Shown here in pieces: positions 1-12,384 of a DNA stretch of 64,000 nt; position 1 is the first letter of the stretch, and every line of letters begins with the position of its first letter. Origin of the DNA: Bdellovibrionota bacterium. Lineage in GTDB: Bacteria > Bdellovibrionota_C > UBA2361 > CAKMMH01. The notes under the pieces are model-generated. The model was not told the DNA's origin. It made no database searches and saw nothing but the letters and a program-made list of their open reading frames with translations. The position numbers and the translations under genes are program-made. Location: positions 32,001 through 96,000 of the forward strand of contig JBMNLI010000017.1 of the NCBI GenBank assembly GCA_050952645.1, given 5' to 3'.

Positions 1-72
1 TCAGGATTGTCTTTGTAAATCTCATCAATAATCTTAGGATAACTATTAAAATTTATCATGTAAACTTATTAT

Positions 73-1803
73 TTATTTATTTTCACTTAAATTAACTGCT
101 AATATATTTGCTTGAATTTCATCCATGCCAAGATAATTCGACAGCACTGGTTTAAAAGCTATATCCACCTTTCTTCCTTCCTTTAATAGTGGATGCGAAG
201 TTTGCCTCCAAAGCATACCAGTTATCATTTTATTATATTCATCTAAAAAAACAACTTTCAAATGTGCATTTTTAAGAATATACAATTTACTAACTTCTAA
301 ATCTTTACATAGCACCGTAGGAGATGGATTGCTAATGCCAAATGGGGAAAAAAGCTCAAGCTCATTTATTACATCTTTAGTAATTTCTCCTATTTTTACT
401 TCGGTATCTGCATAAACCTTATAAGTCGTATCTATATACTTGAACTTTCTTTCGCAATATTGATTAAAAGCCACTGCAAAAACTTTTATATTTTCTCTTT
501 TTATAGAAAATCCCCCCGCCATTTCATGCCCTCCAAATTTCTCTAAATACGAAGAAAGCGTTTCTAAACATTCTATAACACTAAAATTTTCAACGCCTCT
601 AATAGAGCCTTTAAAAACTCCTGCTTTATCTAGACCTAAAACTATAGAGGGTTTGTAGTACATTTCCACTAATCTTTGAGCTACTATGCCTATAATCCCA
701 GTATGAAAATCTGGATGGTAAACACAAATTCCACTTGGAATATAATCAAGATTCTCTATCTGTTTTATAGCTCCTTTTTTAACTTGTTCTTCTATCTTTT
801 GACGCTCTGAATTTAATTTTTCTAATTTTTGAGCGATTTTTTTTGCTCTTTTTTCATCTTTAGTAGTTAAAAGCTCTGAAACTATCTCACCTGAAAGCAT
901 TCTTCCAGCAGCATTTAACCTTGGTCCTATACTAAACGATACATCATAAGTAGATACTCTCTTTGTAATCCCGATAGAGTTTTTTAAAGCTACTAGCCCT
1001 ACCCTTTTAGTGTAATTTAAAAACTCTAATCCCTTTTTAGCTATAACTCTATTTGCACTAAACAGAGGCACCATATCACAAATAGTCCCAATGGAAGCTA
1101 GGTCTAAAAACTCTTTAGGGTCTAGGACATCTTTAAAACCTTTTTCTTCTAATTTATTCTTTAAAACTATAATGAAATACCAAACTAAACCTGCTGTGCA
1201 AAGCTCATACTTAGAAAATCCGCAGCCTTTTTGTTTAGGATTTACAAATACATCTGCCTTAGGGTCGTTATTTCCAACGTGATGATGATCTATTAGGACA
1301 ATTTTGAGCCCTAAATTCTTAGCATATAATATCTCTTTTTGATTAGTCGTTCCGTAATCTAAAGACAAAAGTAGCGAGGCTCCGTCTTTTTTCGCTTCAT
1401 CTATCATTCTATTGTTTAGTCCGTAGCCCTCATTAAATCTATCTGGAACATAAACTTTCGATTTCACATCTAGTGCATCTAAAAAACTTTTTATTTGCGC
1501 CGATGATGTTAACCCATCGACATCAAAATCTGAGCATATAGCTATAATCTCATTTGCAATTATTGCATCTTTAATAAGATTAGCAGCTTCATTTAAACCT
1601 ATCATATTTTTAGGATTAGGAAGTCCCGTTTTTAGTGTAGGGTTTAAAAAGTTATCTAGTTCTTCATTAGCTTCAAAACCTCTTGCTGCTAATACATTCG
1701 AGGTAATCGTTGATAGATTAAATTTTTCACTTATTTTTTTAGCTACATCTTCTTTCTGTTCTTTTAAAATTATTTTTCTTTTAGGAGCTGCAAGTAATAC
1801 CAT
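73..1803 (-). CDS. recJ: Single-stranded-DNA-specific exonuclease RecJ
   Basis: DHH-family motifs SDFDVDG, DHH(H), GTICDMVPL, GPRLNAAGR, FGGHEMAGG; 576 aa. Confidence 0.96.
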   Translation of the reverse strand: MVLLAAPKRKIILKEQKEDVAKKISEKFNLSTITSNVLAARGFEANEELDNFLNPTLKTGLPNPKNMIGLNEAANLIKDAIIANEIIAICSDFDVDGLTSSAQIKSFLDALDVKSKVYVPDRFNEGYGLNNRMIDEAKKDGASLLLSLDYGTTNQKEILYAKNLGLKIVLIDHHHVGNNDPKADVFVNPKQKGCGFSKYELCTAGLVWYFIIVLKNKLEEKGFKDVLDPKEFLDLASIGTICDMVPLFSANRVIAKKGLEFLNYTKRVGLVALKNSIGITKRVSTYDVSFSIGPRLNAAGRMLSGEIVSELLTTKDEKRAKKIAQKLEKLNSERQKIEEQVKKGAIKQIENLDYIPSGICVYHPDFHTGIIGIVAQRLVEMYYKPSIVLGLDKAGVFKGSIRGVENFSVIECLETLSSYLEKFGGHEMAGGFSIKRENIKVFAVAFNQYCERKFKYIDTTYKVYADTEVKIGEITKDVINELELFSPFGISNPSPTVLCKDLEVSKLYILKNAHLKVVFLDEYNKMITGMLWRQTSHPLLKEGRKVDIAFKPVLSNYLGMDEIQANILAVNLSENK

Positions 1804-1940
1804 AAAATACCTATATTTTCATATAAAACTTTATCTTTAATAATAAAACAAATTCTTTGTTAAGTAAATTATGAAGCCTTAAGCTTTTAAGTAAATTTTA
1901 AGTAAATTTAAAGTAAATTAAAAGAAATTAAAAATAAATT

Positions 1941-3479
1941 TTAAGCAAAATAGCGAGCAACCATATTAGCAGATATTTTTCTTTCCTTTAATAGATTAAA
2001 AAGATACTGTTTAAATGAATAGTAATTTTTTATATCTTTAATATTTTCTTTAGTTAAAATCGAGGCATTTAACAATATTTCCCTAACCTTACTATCGATA
2101 GTAAGCGTTTCAAAAGTTAATATTTGCCCTTGCACTCCCGTGTTATTACACTTAACACAACCACTCGAAGAAAATACATCTATCCCTAACGCCTTGCTTG
2201 CTTCATCTTCCCTAGCTGTGCAACTTGCACACATCCTTGGAAGCAATTCTTGGTATGATAAAAACTTTAGGGCTTGTGCCATATCTATCGTGTTTACATT
2301 TAAAGATTTTAACCTTAAAAAAATCTCTACTATATCTCCTGCATGTATTGTAGATATTACTTTATGTCCACTAAATACGGCTTGCAAAAGATAATTAGCA
2401 CTAGTCTCATCTCTTACTTCACCTAACATTATAACATCTGGGTCTTGCCTTAAAACTGCTGGAAGTGCGTCCTTATAATCAAAGCCCTTGCTAGTATTTA
2501 GTGAGGTCTGCGATATGCCATCTATTACTAACTCAACAGGGTCTTCTATAGTTAAAACGTTTAGTCCTTTATTTTTTAAATAATTAAGCATCGCATAAAG
2601 CGTCGTAGTTTTTCCAGACCCAGTAGGCCCAGCGCAAAGCATAGCCCCCCCAACCGCATCTAAAAAATTTTTTATTTGATACATAACATCATCTATAATT
2701 CCAAGAGAGGAAATATCGCTTACAGATTGACACGAATGAAACCTTAGCACCGCTTTTTCCCCAAAAATAGTCGGCATCAAACTTACTCTAACTGAAATAT
2801 TTTTAAGCTCTGGAATTATAAAACTTCCATCTTGCGGAAAATCTTTCTTATCTAACTCTAACGAAGATAAAATTTTTATTCTTCTTATTAAAACTACGTG
2901 TTGATTCTTAGACAATTTAAAATCATTTAAATGTGCAAACTCTCTATTTACTCTAAGTTTAATAGATGTAGTCGAGGCAGTAGGAATTATATGTAAATCT
3001 GAAGCTCCAATAGAAATAGCATACTTTATAATATCTTCTAAAAACTTTCCCTCATCGTTAGTAGCATTTTCGAAAAAACTTTTTTTATTTTCTAGTTTTT
3101 CTTCTTCCTTGCTAGCTTCTTTTTCTAAATTCTGAACGCTTGCTCTTATTACAGTCTCGTCTGCATGGTATACTGAAAAAATAATATTTGAAAAATTACT
3201 ACTCTTAACTAGAATATCTTTAATATCATGGTCGGTTAAAAACTTTAACGCTTCTAATTCATCTTTTTTAAGCTTGCTATTAGTTGCAACCGTTAAAACC
3301 GTCTGATAATTATTTTTTAAGATAGTAAGTGGAAGAACATTAAAATTTTTTGCATCACTATATTTTATTAGAGCTCTCGCTTCTTTATCAGAATTCTTCT
3401 TCATCAAACTAAGAAGCTCTTCTTCTAAAACATTATCTAGTAATTCATTGTTGTTTTTTATGATTAATTCTTCAGGCAT
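1941..3479 (-). CDS. GspE/PilB-family secretion/pilus assembly ATPase
   Basis: ASDLHI, PQDG, Walker A GPTGSGKTTT, TIEDPVE, LRQDPDVIMLGEVRD, STIHA, two CxxC zinc motifs. Confidence 0.92.
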   Translation of the reverse strand: MPEELIIKNNNELLDNVLEEELLSLMKKNSDKEARALIKYSDAKNFNVLPLTILKNNYQTVLTVATNSKLKKDELEALKFLTDHDIKDILVKSSNFSNIIFSVYHADETVIRASVQNLEKEASKEEEKLENKKSFFENATNDEGKFLEDIIKYAISIGASDLHIIPTASTTSIKLRVNREFAHLNDFKLSKNQHVVLIRRIKILSSLELDKKDFPQDGSFIIPELKNISVRVSLMPTIFGEKAVLRFHSCQSVSDISSLGIIDDVMYQIKNFLDAVGGAMLCAGPTGSGKTTTLYAMLNYLKNKGLNVLTIEDPVELVIDGISQTSLNTSKGFDYKDALPAVLRQDPDVIMLGEVRDETSANYLLQAVFSGHKVISTIHAGDIVEIFLRLKSLNVNTIDMAQALKFLSYQELLPRMCASCTAREDEASKALGIDVFSSSGCVKCNNTGVQGQILTFETLTIDSKVREILLNASILTKENIKDIKNYYSFKQYLFNLLKERKISANMVARYFA

Positions 3480-3614
3480 AAACCTTTAAGCTATTTTTAA
3501 AAGAAAAATATTATTTATTATTTATTACTAATAACGCCATAAAATGCGTTTGCAACTTATAAATAGCTTATCGAAGATTTTGTAAAAAATGCCAATTTTA
3601 AATTTTAAAAGAAC

Positions 3615-4457
3615 TTAAAATTCTCGAATTAAAGGATCGGTCCCATTTATAAATTCTCTATAATCTGAAATCCCATCATTATCAGTATCTAAAGCAAAAG
3701 GATTAGTCCCTAACAATCGCTCGAGTTCATCGTTTAAACCATCATTGTTAGTATCTTTTGCATTAGCAGAAGAGCTCAGAACCTCGTTTATTAAATCTTG
3801 AGATATCCTATCGTGTAATCTAGTTTTTGCCACATAAGGAAAAGATGCAGATGAATGTGGGTTCGTGTCTAACTCTAACTCTAATATATCTGAATATCCA
3901 TCATTATCAGAATCTACGAAATCTATATCATCATTTTCTTCATTAGAACCACTATCGTTATCTTTATCTATAAACGCTCTTCCTAGCCAATTAAGGTCTT
4001 TAGTTTCTTCTGAAAGAGTTTCTAACTCTGCTAACAAATCGTTCATATCTACATTAGCCTTTACATCTTCACTATCATCATTATCTTCTTTATTTAAATC
4101 TTCTTTATTTGAATCTTCTTTATTTGAATTTTTTCTAAAAGTGCTTTTTATTATGGCCTCAGTTTGAGCTTCATCTTCATCATTACCATCATTATTACTA
4201 TCATTAGTATTATTTTCATCATCATCAACTACAATGCCATCACTACTAGTCGCATCATCTATATCTTCCGTATCATCATTTACATCCTCATCTATATCGT
4301 CATCTATATCATCATCTATAGTCTCGGTAGGCTCAACGGTTTCGGTTGGGGTTGGCGTTGCTTGTTTAAGAATAACGTAATCTTCACGACAACCTTTAGC
4401 GGCGCTTAATGAAATATAACAAAACATTAAAAGAGAAATGGTAATAAATTTTTTCAT
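3615..4457 (-). CDS. Secreted acidic protein with thrombospondin type-3-like Ca-binding repeats
   Basis: N-terminal signal peptide; Asp-rich linker; three DxD/NxDGxxD-x-x-E repeats (DSDNDGYSD, DTNNDGLND, DTDNDGISD), each followed by a [DG]T[ND]P motif. Confidence 0.7.
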   Translation of the reverse strand: MKKFITISLLMFCYISLSAAKGCREDYVILKQATPTPTETVEPTETIDDDIDDDIDEDVNDDTEDIDDATSSDGIVVDDDENNTNDSNNDGNDEDEAQTEAIIKSTFRKNSNKEDSNKEDLNKEDNDDSEDVKANVDMNDLLAELETLSEETKDLNWLGRAFIDKDNDSGSNEENDDIDFVDSDNDGYSDILELELDTNPHSSASFPYVAKTRLHDRISQDLINEVLSSSANAKDTNNDGLNDELERLLGTNPFALDTDNDGISDYREFINGTDPLIREF

Positions 4458-4701
4458 ACAAAAACCTTTATATTTTATTTAAAAAAACTCTAATAAAAAG
4501 AACTTTGGCAATCTTTTATATATTTGATTACAATTTTTATATAAAGGATTTAAAAAAAATAAGATTTTTTATATTATTTATATAATTTTTTTGTAAATTA
4601 TTGGAAACTAAACAGATTTAATTATATCTAACATATATGGACACGAATAATTTAATAAGGAATTTAAAGAATAATTTAAAATAATTTAACGAATAATTTA
4701 T

Positions 4702-4929
4702 ATGAATAACTTAGAAGAAAAGAAAAAACAGTGGCAAGAGTGTGCTAGTAAAAAGTCTGCGATAGTCCCTATGTATTTCGAGGTCTTCCCTTATAAGGTA
4801 GATATCGTTTGCGGCAATTGTGAACATTTTTTTTCAAGAACGCTTATCCCTAATCTTGACGAACCTACTTTTGTGTGTCCTAATTGCAATATTAAAAATT
4901 GGGTTCCTGTAAGATACGATTTAAGATAA
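4702..4929 (+). CDS. Small zinc-ribbon protein
   Basis: CGNC...CPNC pair in 75 aa. Confidence 0.65.
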   Translation: MNNLEEKKKQWQECASKKSAIVPMYFEVFPYKVDIVCGNCEHFFSRTLIPNLDEPTFVCPNCNIKNWVPVRYDLR

Positions 4930-5055
4930 CCTGTTTATCTATTCTTCTCTTCTATTATTATATTATATTATTATATTTTATTTTATTATTTTACATTCTT
5001 TAAAAAATAGTAAAAACTTTAAAAAGATAATAAAAAAAGGTGCAAATATAAAAAA

Positions 5056-5655
5056 ATGAGTTTTGTTGATGGCTTTTACACATTTAATATAGACTTAGTA
5101 AATGTTGAAAACAACATTTATGATAAGCTATTTTTTAAATTAGCTAAGCACCCAAATGAATCTTTTGAAATGCTTCTAAATAAAGCTTTAGCCTATTGTC
5201 ATGCTTATAAAAAGGAGCTTACATTTTCAGAAGGATTTTATTCTCCCGAAGATCCAACGATTTGGGAAAAAGACGTTATAGGAAATATTATCTCTTGGAT
5301 ACAAGTCGGAGTTCCATCGTATAAAAAAACAAGTAGAGCAATAAAGCAAAACAAACAGGCTTCTTTTAAAATCTATTTTTGCTCGAACGAAGAGCCGAGA
5401 AATTTTTGCTACGACTTTCGCTCGGTAAAAACTAAAAGTTTTAATAAAATTAAATTTTTCTCAATAGATAGCAATTTTGTAGAAAATCTTGCCCTCCATA
5501 TATCTTCAAGAATAAATTGGCAAATTAGTTTTATCGATAATTTACTATATCTTCATCAAGATAAGCTCGAGTTTGAAAGTAAAATAGAAGAGGTAGATAT
5601 TTGGAAAATTTATCAAGAAACTATAAGCGAGGTTCAAAGTAAAGCGGTCTTATAA
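5056..5655 (+). CDS. yaeQ: YaeQ family protein
   Basis: LAKHPNE..E, LAYC, EDPTIWEKD..G.I..WIQVG.P pattern typical of YaeQ. Confidence 0.85.
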   Translation: MSFVDGFYTFNIDLVNVENNIYDKLFFKLAKHPNESFEMLLNKALAYCHAYKKELTFSEGFYSPEDPTIWEKDVIGNIISWIQVGVPSYKKTSRAIKQNKQASFKIYFCSNEEPRNFCYDFRSVKTKSFNKIKFFSIDSNFVENLALHISSRINWQISFIDNLLYLHQDKLEFESKIEEVDIWKIYQETISEVQSKAVL

Positions 5656-5660
5656 AAAGA

Positions 5661-6356
5661 CTAACTTAAAAACTTAACTTTAAAAATCGAAAAAAACATT
5701 TTTATAGGGTCAGCAATAAGTCTTACTTTAGTGCCTAAAACATTATTCCAAACTATAGGAACCTCTTTAATAGCAAACCCATTTTTTTTAGCCTTATATA
5801 AAATTTCTATATCGAATGCAAAGCCATCTAGCGTTTGTTCTAAAAAAACTATATCGGCGGCCTTTTTGCTAAAAAGCTTAAAACCGCATTGCAAATCATT
5901 TATCTTAAGCCCAAGAATTTGATTTACTAAAAAATTAAACACTCGACCTCTTACTTTATAAAAAAGCGTAGTCTTGGTTTTAGAATCTTTCATTGCACGA
6001 GAGGCTATAACGACATCGTTTCCCTTATCTAACTCAGGAAGCATTTTTAAAATCTCTGAAAATGGGGTGGCTCCATCTGCATCGGCAAAAATTTTACGCT
6101 CACCTACAGCTTCTAACATTCCAGTTTTTACAGCGTAGCCCTTTCCTTTGTTTTCTAAAATATTTATTAATCTTATATTAGAGAAATCTTTATAAAAATC
6201 TTTTACTACATTAGCGGTATCATCTTTGCTACCATCATTTACAACGATTATTTCATAACTATAATCATTTTTCTTAAAGAAATTTTTTAAGTCTAGTAGC
6301 ATCGCTGGCAATCTTTCCGCTTCGTTATATGCTGGTATTATAATCGATAAAACCAT
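5661..6356 (-). CDS. GT2 glycosyltransferase (polyprenyl/dolichyl-phosphate glucosyltransferase-like)
   Basis: LSIIIPAYNEAERL, VNDGSKD, NKGKGYAV, DADGAT, DLQCGFKLF, FAFDIE. Confidence 0.9.
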   Translation of the reverse strand: MVLSIIIPAYNEAERLPAMLLDLKNFFKKNDYSYEIIVVNDGSKDDTANVVKDFYKDFSNIRLINILENKGKGYAVKTGMLEAVGERKIFADADGATPFSEILKMLPELDKGNDVVIASRAMKDSKTKTTLFYKVRGRVFNFLVNQILGLKINDLQCGFKLFSKKAADIVFLEQTLDGFAFDIEILYKAKKNGFAIKEVPIVWNNVLGTKVRLIADPIKMFFSIFKVKFLS

Positions 6357-6521
6357 AAATTAAATAATTCTTTAAAAAAACTACTAACAAGTATATTTTT
6401 AACATTTTTTTTTATTCTTTAATAGCTAAAACTTACTATTTAATACTTACTATTTAATGCCTACTCTCCTAACTTCCCTTTCTAGACATTTTTTTTTATA
6501 TAAGTTAAAATTTCAACCATT

Positions 6522-7565
6522 ATGTTTTTACTTACTCCACTTAACGATAAATTAAAAGAAAAAATTGCTACGCTAGAGGGTCTTGCTTTACTAACTTTGC
6601 AAAGTAGTAATTACCAAAAAATAAGCATAATAGAGAGCATCTTTTCCCTTTTAGATGATAACGCTAGTGATATTATTAAAATTAACTCAGAAGAGATTTC
6701 TCTAAAAAAACTAGAAGCCCTTAGCGTTAATCTTTTTGAGCTCTCCCTTTTTTCTCCTATTAGAGTTTTTATTATTAATGATATAGAAAAAATAAAAGCA
6801 GATTTGCAAAAAAAACTATTTGAAATTTTAGAAAACATCCCAAAGCACACTCTAGTTATTCTAACAGCGAAATCTTTAAATAAAACTAACATATTTTATA
6901 AGCACCACTTAAAAAACGAGACATTAGTCGATTCGACCTCTATTAAAGAAGCAGATATTAAAAACCAAATAAAAGAAGAGTTAAAGCAAATAAATTTAAC
7001 TAAATACCCAGTAGCTCTTATCGATGCTATATGTGAAGCTAGCAAAAACAATATAAATAATACTAATATAGTTAATACTAATATAGATAATATTAACATA
7101 GATAATATTAAAGAGATTATTGAATATCTTGCTATCTACGTAAAAGAAGGCACTATAACGCTAGCAGAGTTTGAAAAACTTTTTCCACGAGTGAGAAGCG
7201 TTAGCGATTTTAAAATTCTAGACCCAATATATAGCTCTAATTACCTAGAATATATGACACTTTTAAAGCAAATATTAAGAAATAAAAATGAGTTCTTGTT
7301 AATTTCTATTTTTTATAGAACTTTTTCTAAGCTTTTAGAAATAAAATATTTTCAAATGCAAAAACTAACTATAAAAGAGATCACTTCAAAAACAGGGATG
7401 CAAAATTGGCTAATTAAAAAAAACTTATTAGTAGTTTCTAAATATTCTACTCAAAAATTAAAAGATTGCATCAATCACATACTAAAAGCTGAGGCTAAAT
7501 TAAAAGATAGAAATTTAGGAACGACTAGCGTCTTTGAAGAATTATTTTTTAATTTAAGTGCATAA
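6522..7565 (+). CDS. holA: DNA polymerase III delta subunit (divergent)
   Basis: SLFS motif, C-terminal helical pattern ending 'AEAKLK', 347 aa, upstream of tmk-holB. Confidence 0.75.
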   Translation: MFLLTPLNDKLKEKIATLEGLALLTLQSSNYQKISIIESIFSLLDDNASDIIKINSEEISLKKLEALSVNLFELSLFSPIRVFIINDIEKIKADLQKKLFEILENIPKHTLVILTAKSLNKTNIFYKHHLKNETLVDSTSIKEADIKNQIKEELKQINLTKYPVALIDAICEASKNNINNTNIVNTNIDNINIDNIKEIIEYLAIYVKEGTITLAEFEKLFPRVRSVSDFKILDPIYSSNYLEYMTLLKQILRNKNEFLLISIFYRTFSKLLEIKYFQMQKLTIKEITSKTGMQNWLIKKNLLVVSKYSTQKLKDCINHILKAEAKLKDRNLGTTSVFEELFFNLSA

Positions 7566-7637
7566 GAATATTTCAGTGAAGAATATTTAAGTGAAAAAAT
7601 ATATGTAAAATATAAATTAAATATAAAGGAAATATTT

Positions 7638-8291
7638 ATGATTTTTGATAAAAATAATTTACCTAAAAAATTAAATAAGTTTATCGTAATCGAAGGGATA
7701 AACGGCAGTGGCAAAACTACGCTCTTAAATAATTTAAAAAAATTTTTTACTAAAAATAATCTAGATTTTTCATTCGGGAAAGAGCCTGGGGGGACTCAAA
7801 TAGGAGATAAACTTAGAGATGTAGTGCTTTCAGCTAGCGACTTAGAAAATGAAACCGAGTTTTTTATAATGTCTGCAAGTCGCACTGAGTATATAAAAAA
7901 AGTTATTTTACCTACGATAAATAGTGGAAAGTTTTTTATATCCGATAGATATTATTATTCATCTCTAGCATTTCAATCTTATGCTGGAGGGTTGGATTTT
8001 AGTTTTGTCCATGCTATATCTAAAATTATCGTAAATGACTGCATCCCAGATATAACATTTATTTTAGATGTCGATTTAGAAACCGCATTTAAAAGGATTG
8101 CTTTACGAAACCAAACAGAGCTAGATGCATTTGAGAGCAAAAAACTTGAATACCATACTAAAGTTAGAAATGGCTACTTAGATATTACTAAAAAACTAGG
8201 AGAAAGATTTTATATAATCGATGCTTCAAAAGATGAGGACTATATCGCTAACGCGGCAGCTAACGTATTAAAAGAAATATATAAAATATGA
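7638..8291 (+). CDS. tmk: Thymidylate kinase
   Basis: FIVIEGINGSGKTT, EPGGT, SDRYYYSSLAFQ, PDITFILDVD. Confidence 0.96.
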   Translation: MIFDKNNLPKKLNKFIVIEGINGSGKTTLLNNLKKFFTKNNLDFSFGKEPGGTQIGDKLRDVVLSASDLENETEFFIMSASRTEYIKKVILPTINSGKFFISDRYYYSSLAFQSYAGGLDFSFVHAISKIIVNDCIPDITFILDVDLETAFKRIALRNQTELDAFESKKLEYHTKVRNGYLDITKKLGERFYIIDASKDEDYIANAAANVLKEIYKI

Positions 8292-9256
8292 AGATTATAG
8301 GACACGAAAAACAAAGAGAGCTACTTTCAAAATTAGTGCAAACAAGAGAAGTTCCCCACGCCATGCTATTTAATGGAGATGCGGGAATAGGAAAAAAACT
8401 TGTAGCACTAGAGTTTGCTAGGACTTTTTATTGTGAAGATTACAGCAAAGAACAAGTTACCTTTAAACTTGGGGGTTGCAATGAGTGCAAATCGTGCAGA
8501 TTATTTAATGATTTTGCTATTCCTGATTTTTACTTTGTTGAATGTGGCGATAAGGAGCAAGTAAAAACTGAAAATATAAGAGAGCTATTATATAATCTTA
8601 ATTTAAAAAATTTCTCTTCAAAGTATAAGTTTATTATCTTTAATGATGCACATTTAATAAGAGAACAAAGCGCTAATATATTATTAAAAACCTTAGAAGA
8701 ACCTAAAAGTGATACTTACTTTATTTTAATAACATCAAACTTTTCTAAACTTCCTATAACTATTACATCGAGATGTCATATGTGGCACTTTAGCACGCTT
8801 ACTAACGATGAAATATTAGAAATTTTAAAAGAAAAAAACTTATCCTTAAAATCTAAAAACGATATTGAACTTTTAGAAGGAAGCCTTATAAACCTTGAGC
8901 TAATATTAAATAATGAAAATAAAACTAGAGAGTTTGAAGAAAAAATAAATTTAATTTTAAAGGGCGATATTTACGTATTAAATTTGTTTGCTAGTGAACT
9001 TGCGAAAAATAAAAATAAAGATGAGTTAAAGTACGACATTCACATCTTAAGAAATATTATAAGAAAAAAGATGACTAACGAAACCGATTTAAAGTTAAAA
9101 AGCATCTTTGCTATAACTCTTGAAGCGTTAATATCGTGTGAATATTTAATATTCGATAGATATCTTAATGCCGAAAGCACTCTTTGCAATATCTTTTTTA
9201 ACTTACTGCCTACTAATAAGCTAAACAAAAGCTATTCTTTACCCCTACTATATTAA
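8288..9256 (+). CDS. holB: DNA polymerase III delta-prime subunit
   Basis: IIGH, HAMLFNGDAGIGK, zinc motif CxxCxxC, ANILLKTLEEP, TITSRC; ATGA overlap with tmk. Confidence 0.93.
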   Translation: MKIIGHEKQRELLSKLVQTREVPHAMLFNGDAGIGKKLVALEFARTFYCEDYSKEQVTFKLGGCNECKSCRLFNDFAIPDFYFVECGDKEQVKTENIRELLYNLNLKNFSSKYKFIIFNDAHLIREQSANILLKTLEEPKSDTYFILITSNFSKLPITITSRCHMWHFSTLTNDEILEILKEKNLSLKSKNDIELLEGSLINLELILNNENKTREFEEKINLILKGDIYVLNLFASELAKNKNKDELKYDIHILRNIIRKKMTNETDLKLKSIFAITLEALISCEYLIFDRYLNAESTLCNIFFNLLPTNKLNKSYSLPLLY

Positions 9257-9416
9257 ATTCTAGCTAATATACGCTTTTATAAAACGCTGTTTTTTACTAA
9301 ATTATTTAAATTTTTATCTAATTAAATTAGTTTAACTATCCGATAATTTTAATTATAAGTGCTATACTTTATATATGTTATAATAATTATAAATAGAATT
9401 ATAAATAGTAAGATAA

Positions 9417-10925
9417 GTGTATATGTCGTTAGAAAAAATTGTAATAAAAGAACTATCTAGCAATGCTGAGATTATAAATATATTTAATTGCCTAGCAGGA
9501 AAAATCACCGTGCTTAGTGGCTCTAATACCTCTATCGATTCTCTTGAAAGGGCATTTAGTGGAATTTATGAAAAGAATGATTTAAAAATCTTTATCAACG
9601 ACGCTCTGCAATTCGACCCAGCTATGCACTCTTTAGTAGGTTATAATCACATATTAAAAGATGTAGCGCTATCTGTCGGGGAGCTTTTTAAAACTTACGG
9701 ATTCGATGAAAGCGATATAGAAATTATTCTCAATACTTTCGGGCTTCATAATACTAAAGGGCTTAAAATTTATGAGCTAGATGATGATAAGAAAAAGAGA
9801 TTAGAGTACGCTATCTCACTTCAAGAGAGCAATAAAGCGCTTATTATAAAAGAGCCTTTTAAAGACTTACTCCCACAATGGAAAGAGCCTATCGCTAAAA
9901 ACATTCATACTTATGCTAGTAAAAAAAATTTACCAGTTATAATAACTAAACTCGATTATGACGCCTCGTTTTGGAATGATTCAAACTTGATAAAAAAATT
10001 TAAACTTGGAATTTCTAGAACTAAGACTATTGGCTTTGGCTCAAATAATCAGGATTTAAAAGATTTTCTATCACAAGTTAGAAATGAAATTGAAAATCAA
10101 GATATAATAAATAAAAATATAACTAATATAGATTTAACTAAAAAAGATATAGAAAATAAAGATAAAGAAAATAGAGATAATAAAAATACTGCTCTTTTAG
10201 CAGACTCTTTAGAAATAAAGGAAAAATTACGAGAAACTAGAGACCCAATTCCTATTCCCCCTATCGCTTCTCAAATGAAAAAAAGAGAGGATTTTAAACC
10301 AGAAGTGTTTGAAGATGCTAAAGTAAAAAACGAAACTCAACATACCGATGAAACGCTAAAAAAATATAGTGAAAGAGAACTTAAAAATATACATAGAATA
10401 TTGTTTACAATCGGCTTTTTATTAATCGTATCATCTCTTCTTATCGTAGGTTTTTTATTTAAAAGAAAAAGCGATAGTAATTATGAGGAAATTAAAACAC
10501 GTCAGGAAATTTTTCTAAAAAATATAAATGAGAAATCTAGAAAAGTTGAAAATAAGAATTTTGATAATTTATATATTCTCGATAATTATCCAGAGTGGAT
10601 AAAACACACGATAGAACTACAATTTAAGAAAAAAGAAATTTTACAATCGAAAACTTTTATGCCTTTAACTAAAAATAGCAAGCAAGCAGATGCTAAAAAG
10701 ACCGACGGAAACTTGTTTCAATTACTAGAGGGCTTAAGTGGAACGGGGAAAAACTTACCAGATAGCACTATTATGAGCAATAATGAGCAACCTAATAGAG
10801 GCTATGGTGAAAACAGTGCTAACGCTAACCAAAACCAAATTTCTAAGAGCGATGCTGAAGCTAAAAGACGACTTCTATACCAAAGATTTCAAGAAGCTAT
10901 AAAGCGAAGTAGAGAAAAACAATAA
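9417..10925 (+). CDS. Membrane-anchored protein with degenerate ABC-ATPase-like N-terminal domain
   Basis: ELDDDKKKRLEYAISL..KALIIKEPFKDL resembles the ABC signature/Walker B region without catalytic residues; one TM helix near residue 330-348. Confidence 0.55.
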   Translation: MYMSLEKIVIKELSSNAEIINIFNCLAGKITVLSGSNTSIDSLERAFSGIYEKNDLKIFINDALQFDPAMHSLVGYNHILKDVALSVGELFKTYGFDESDIEIILNTFGLHNTKGLKIYELDDDKKKRLEYAISLQESNKALIIKEPFKDLLPQWKEPIAKNIHTYASKKNLPVIITKLDYDASFWNDSNLIKKFKLGISRTKTIGFGSNNQDLKDFLSQVRNEIENQDIINKNITNIDLTKKDIENKDKENRDNKNTALLADSLEIKEKLRETRDPIPIPPIASQMKKREDFKPEVFEDAKVKNETQHTDETLKKYSERELKNIHRILFTIGFLLIVSSLLIVGFLFKRKSDSNYEEIKTRQEIFLKNINEKSRKVENKNFDNLYILDNYPEWIKHTIELQFKKKEILQSKTFMPLTKNSKQADAKKTDGNLFQLLEGLSGTGKNLPDSTIMSNNEQPNRGYGENSANANQNQISKSDAEAKRRLLYQRFQEAIKRSREKQ

Positions 10926-11204
10926 AAACAAAACTAATAATAAAGCTAATAATAATTGCTAAAAATAAAGCTAAATAAAGCTAAAATAAGGCTTAAAATA
11001 AGTAAAAATAAAGTTAATATAAGCTAATAAATAGCCTTAATTTCTTTTATTATTTTTAAAATATGTTATCATCAAGCTTAAGATTTTATCAGATTAAAAA
11101 ATTAGCTTAAACTCGCTTTTTATTTATTACTATTTTTTTATTTTTACATTTTTTTTTATTTATTATTTATTATTATTTTTTTATAGCTTTAAAACAATTT
11201 TTAA

Positions 11205-12305
<1,101 letters not shown>

Positions 12306-12384
12306 CAAACACATCAAACAATTATGTATATAACATAAATAATAATATGTAATTATATAACAATTAAGGTAAAAATAAAACGAA

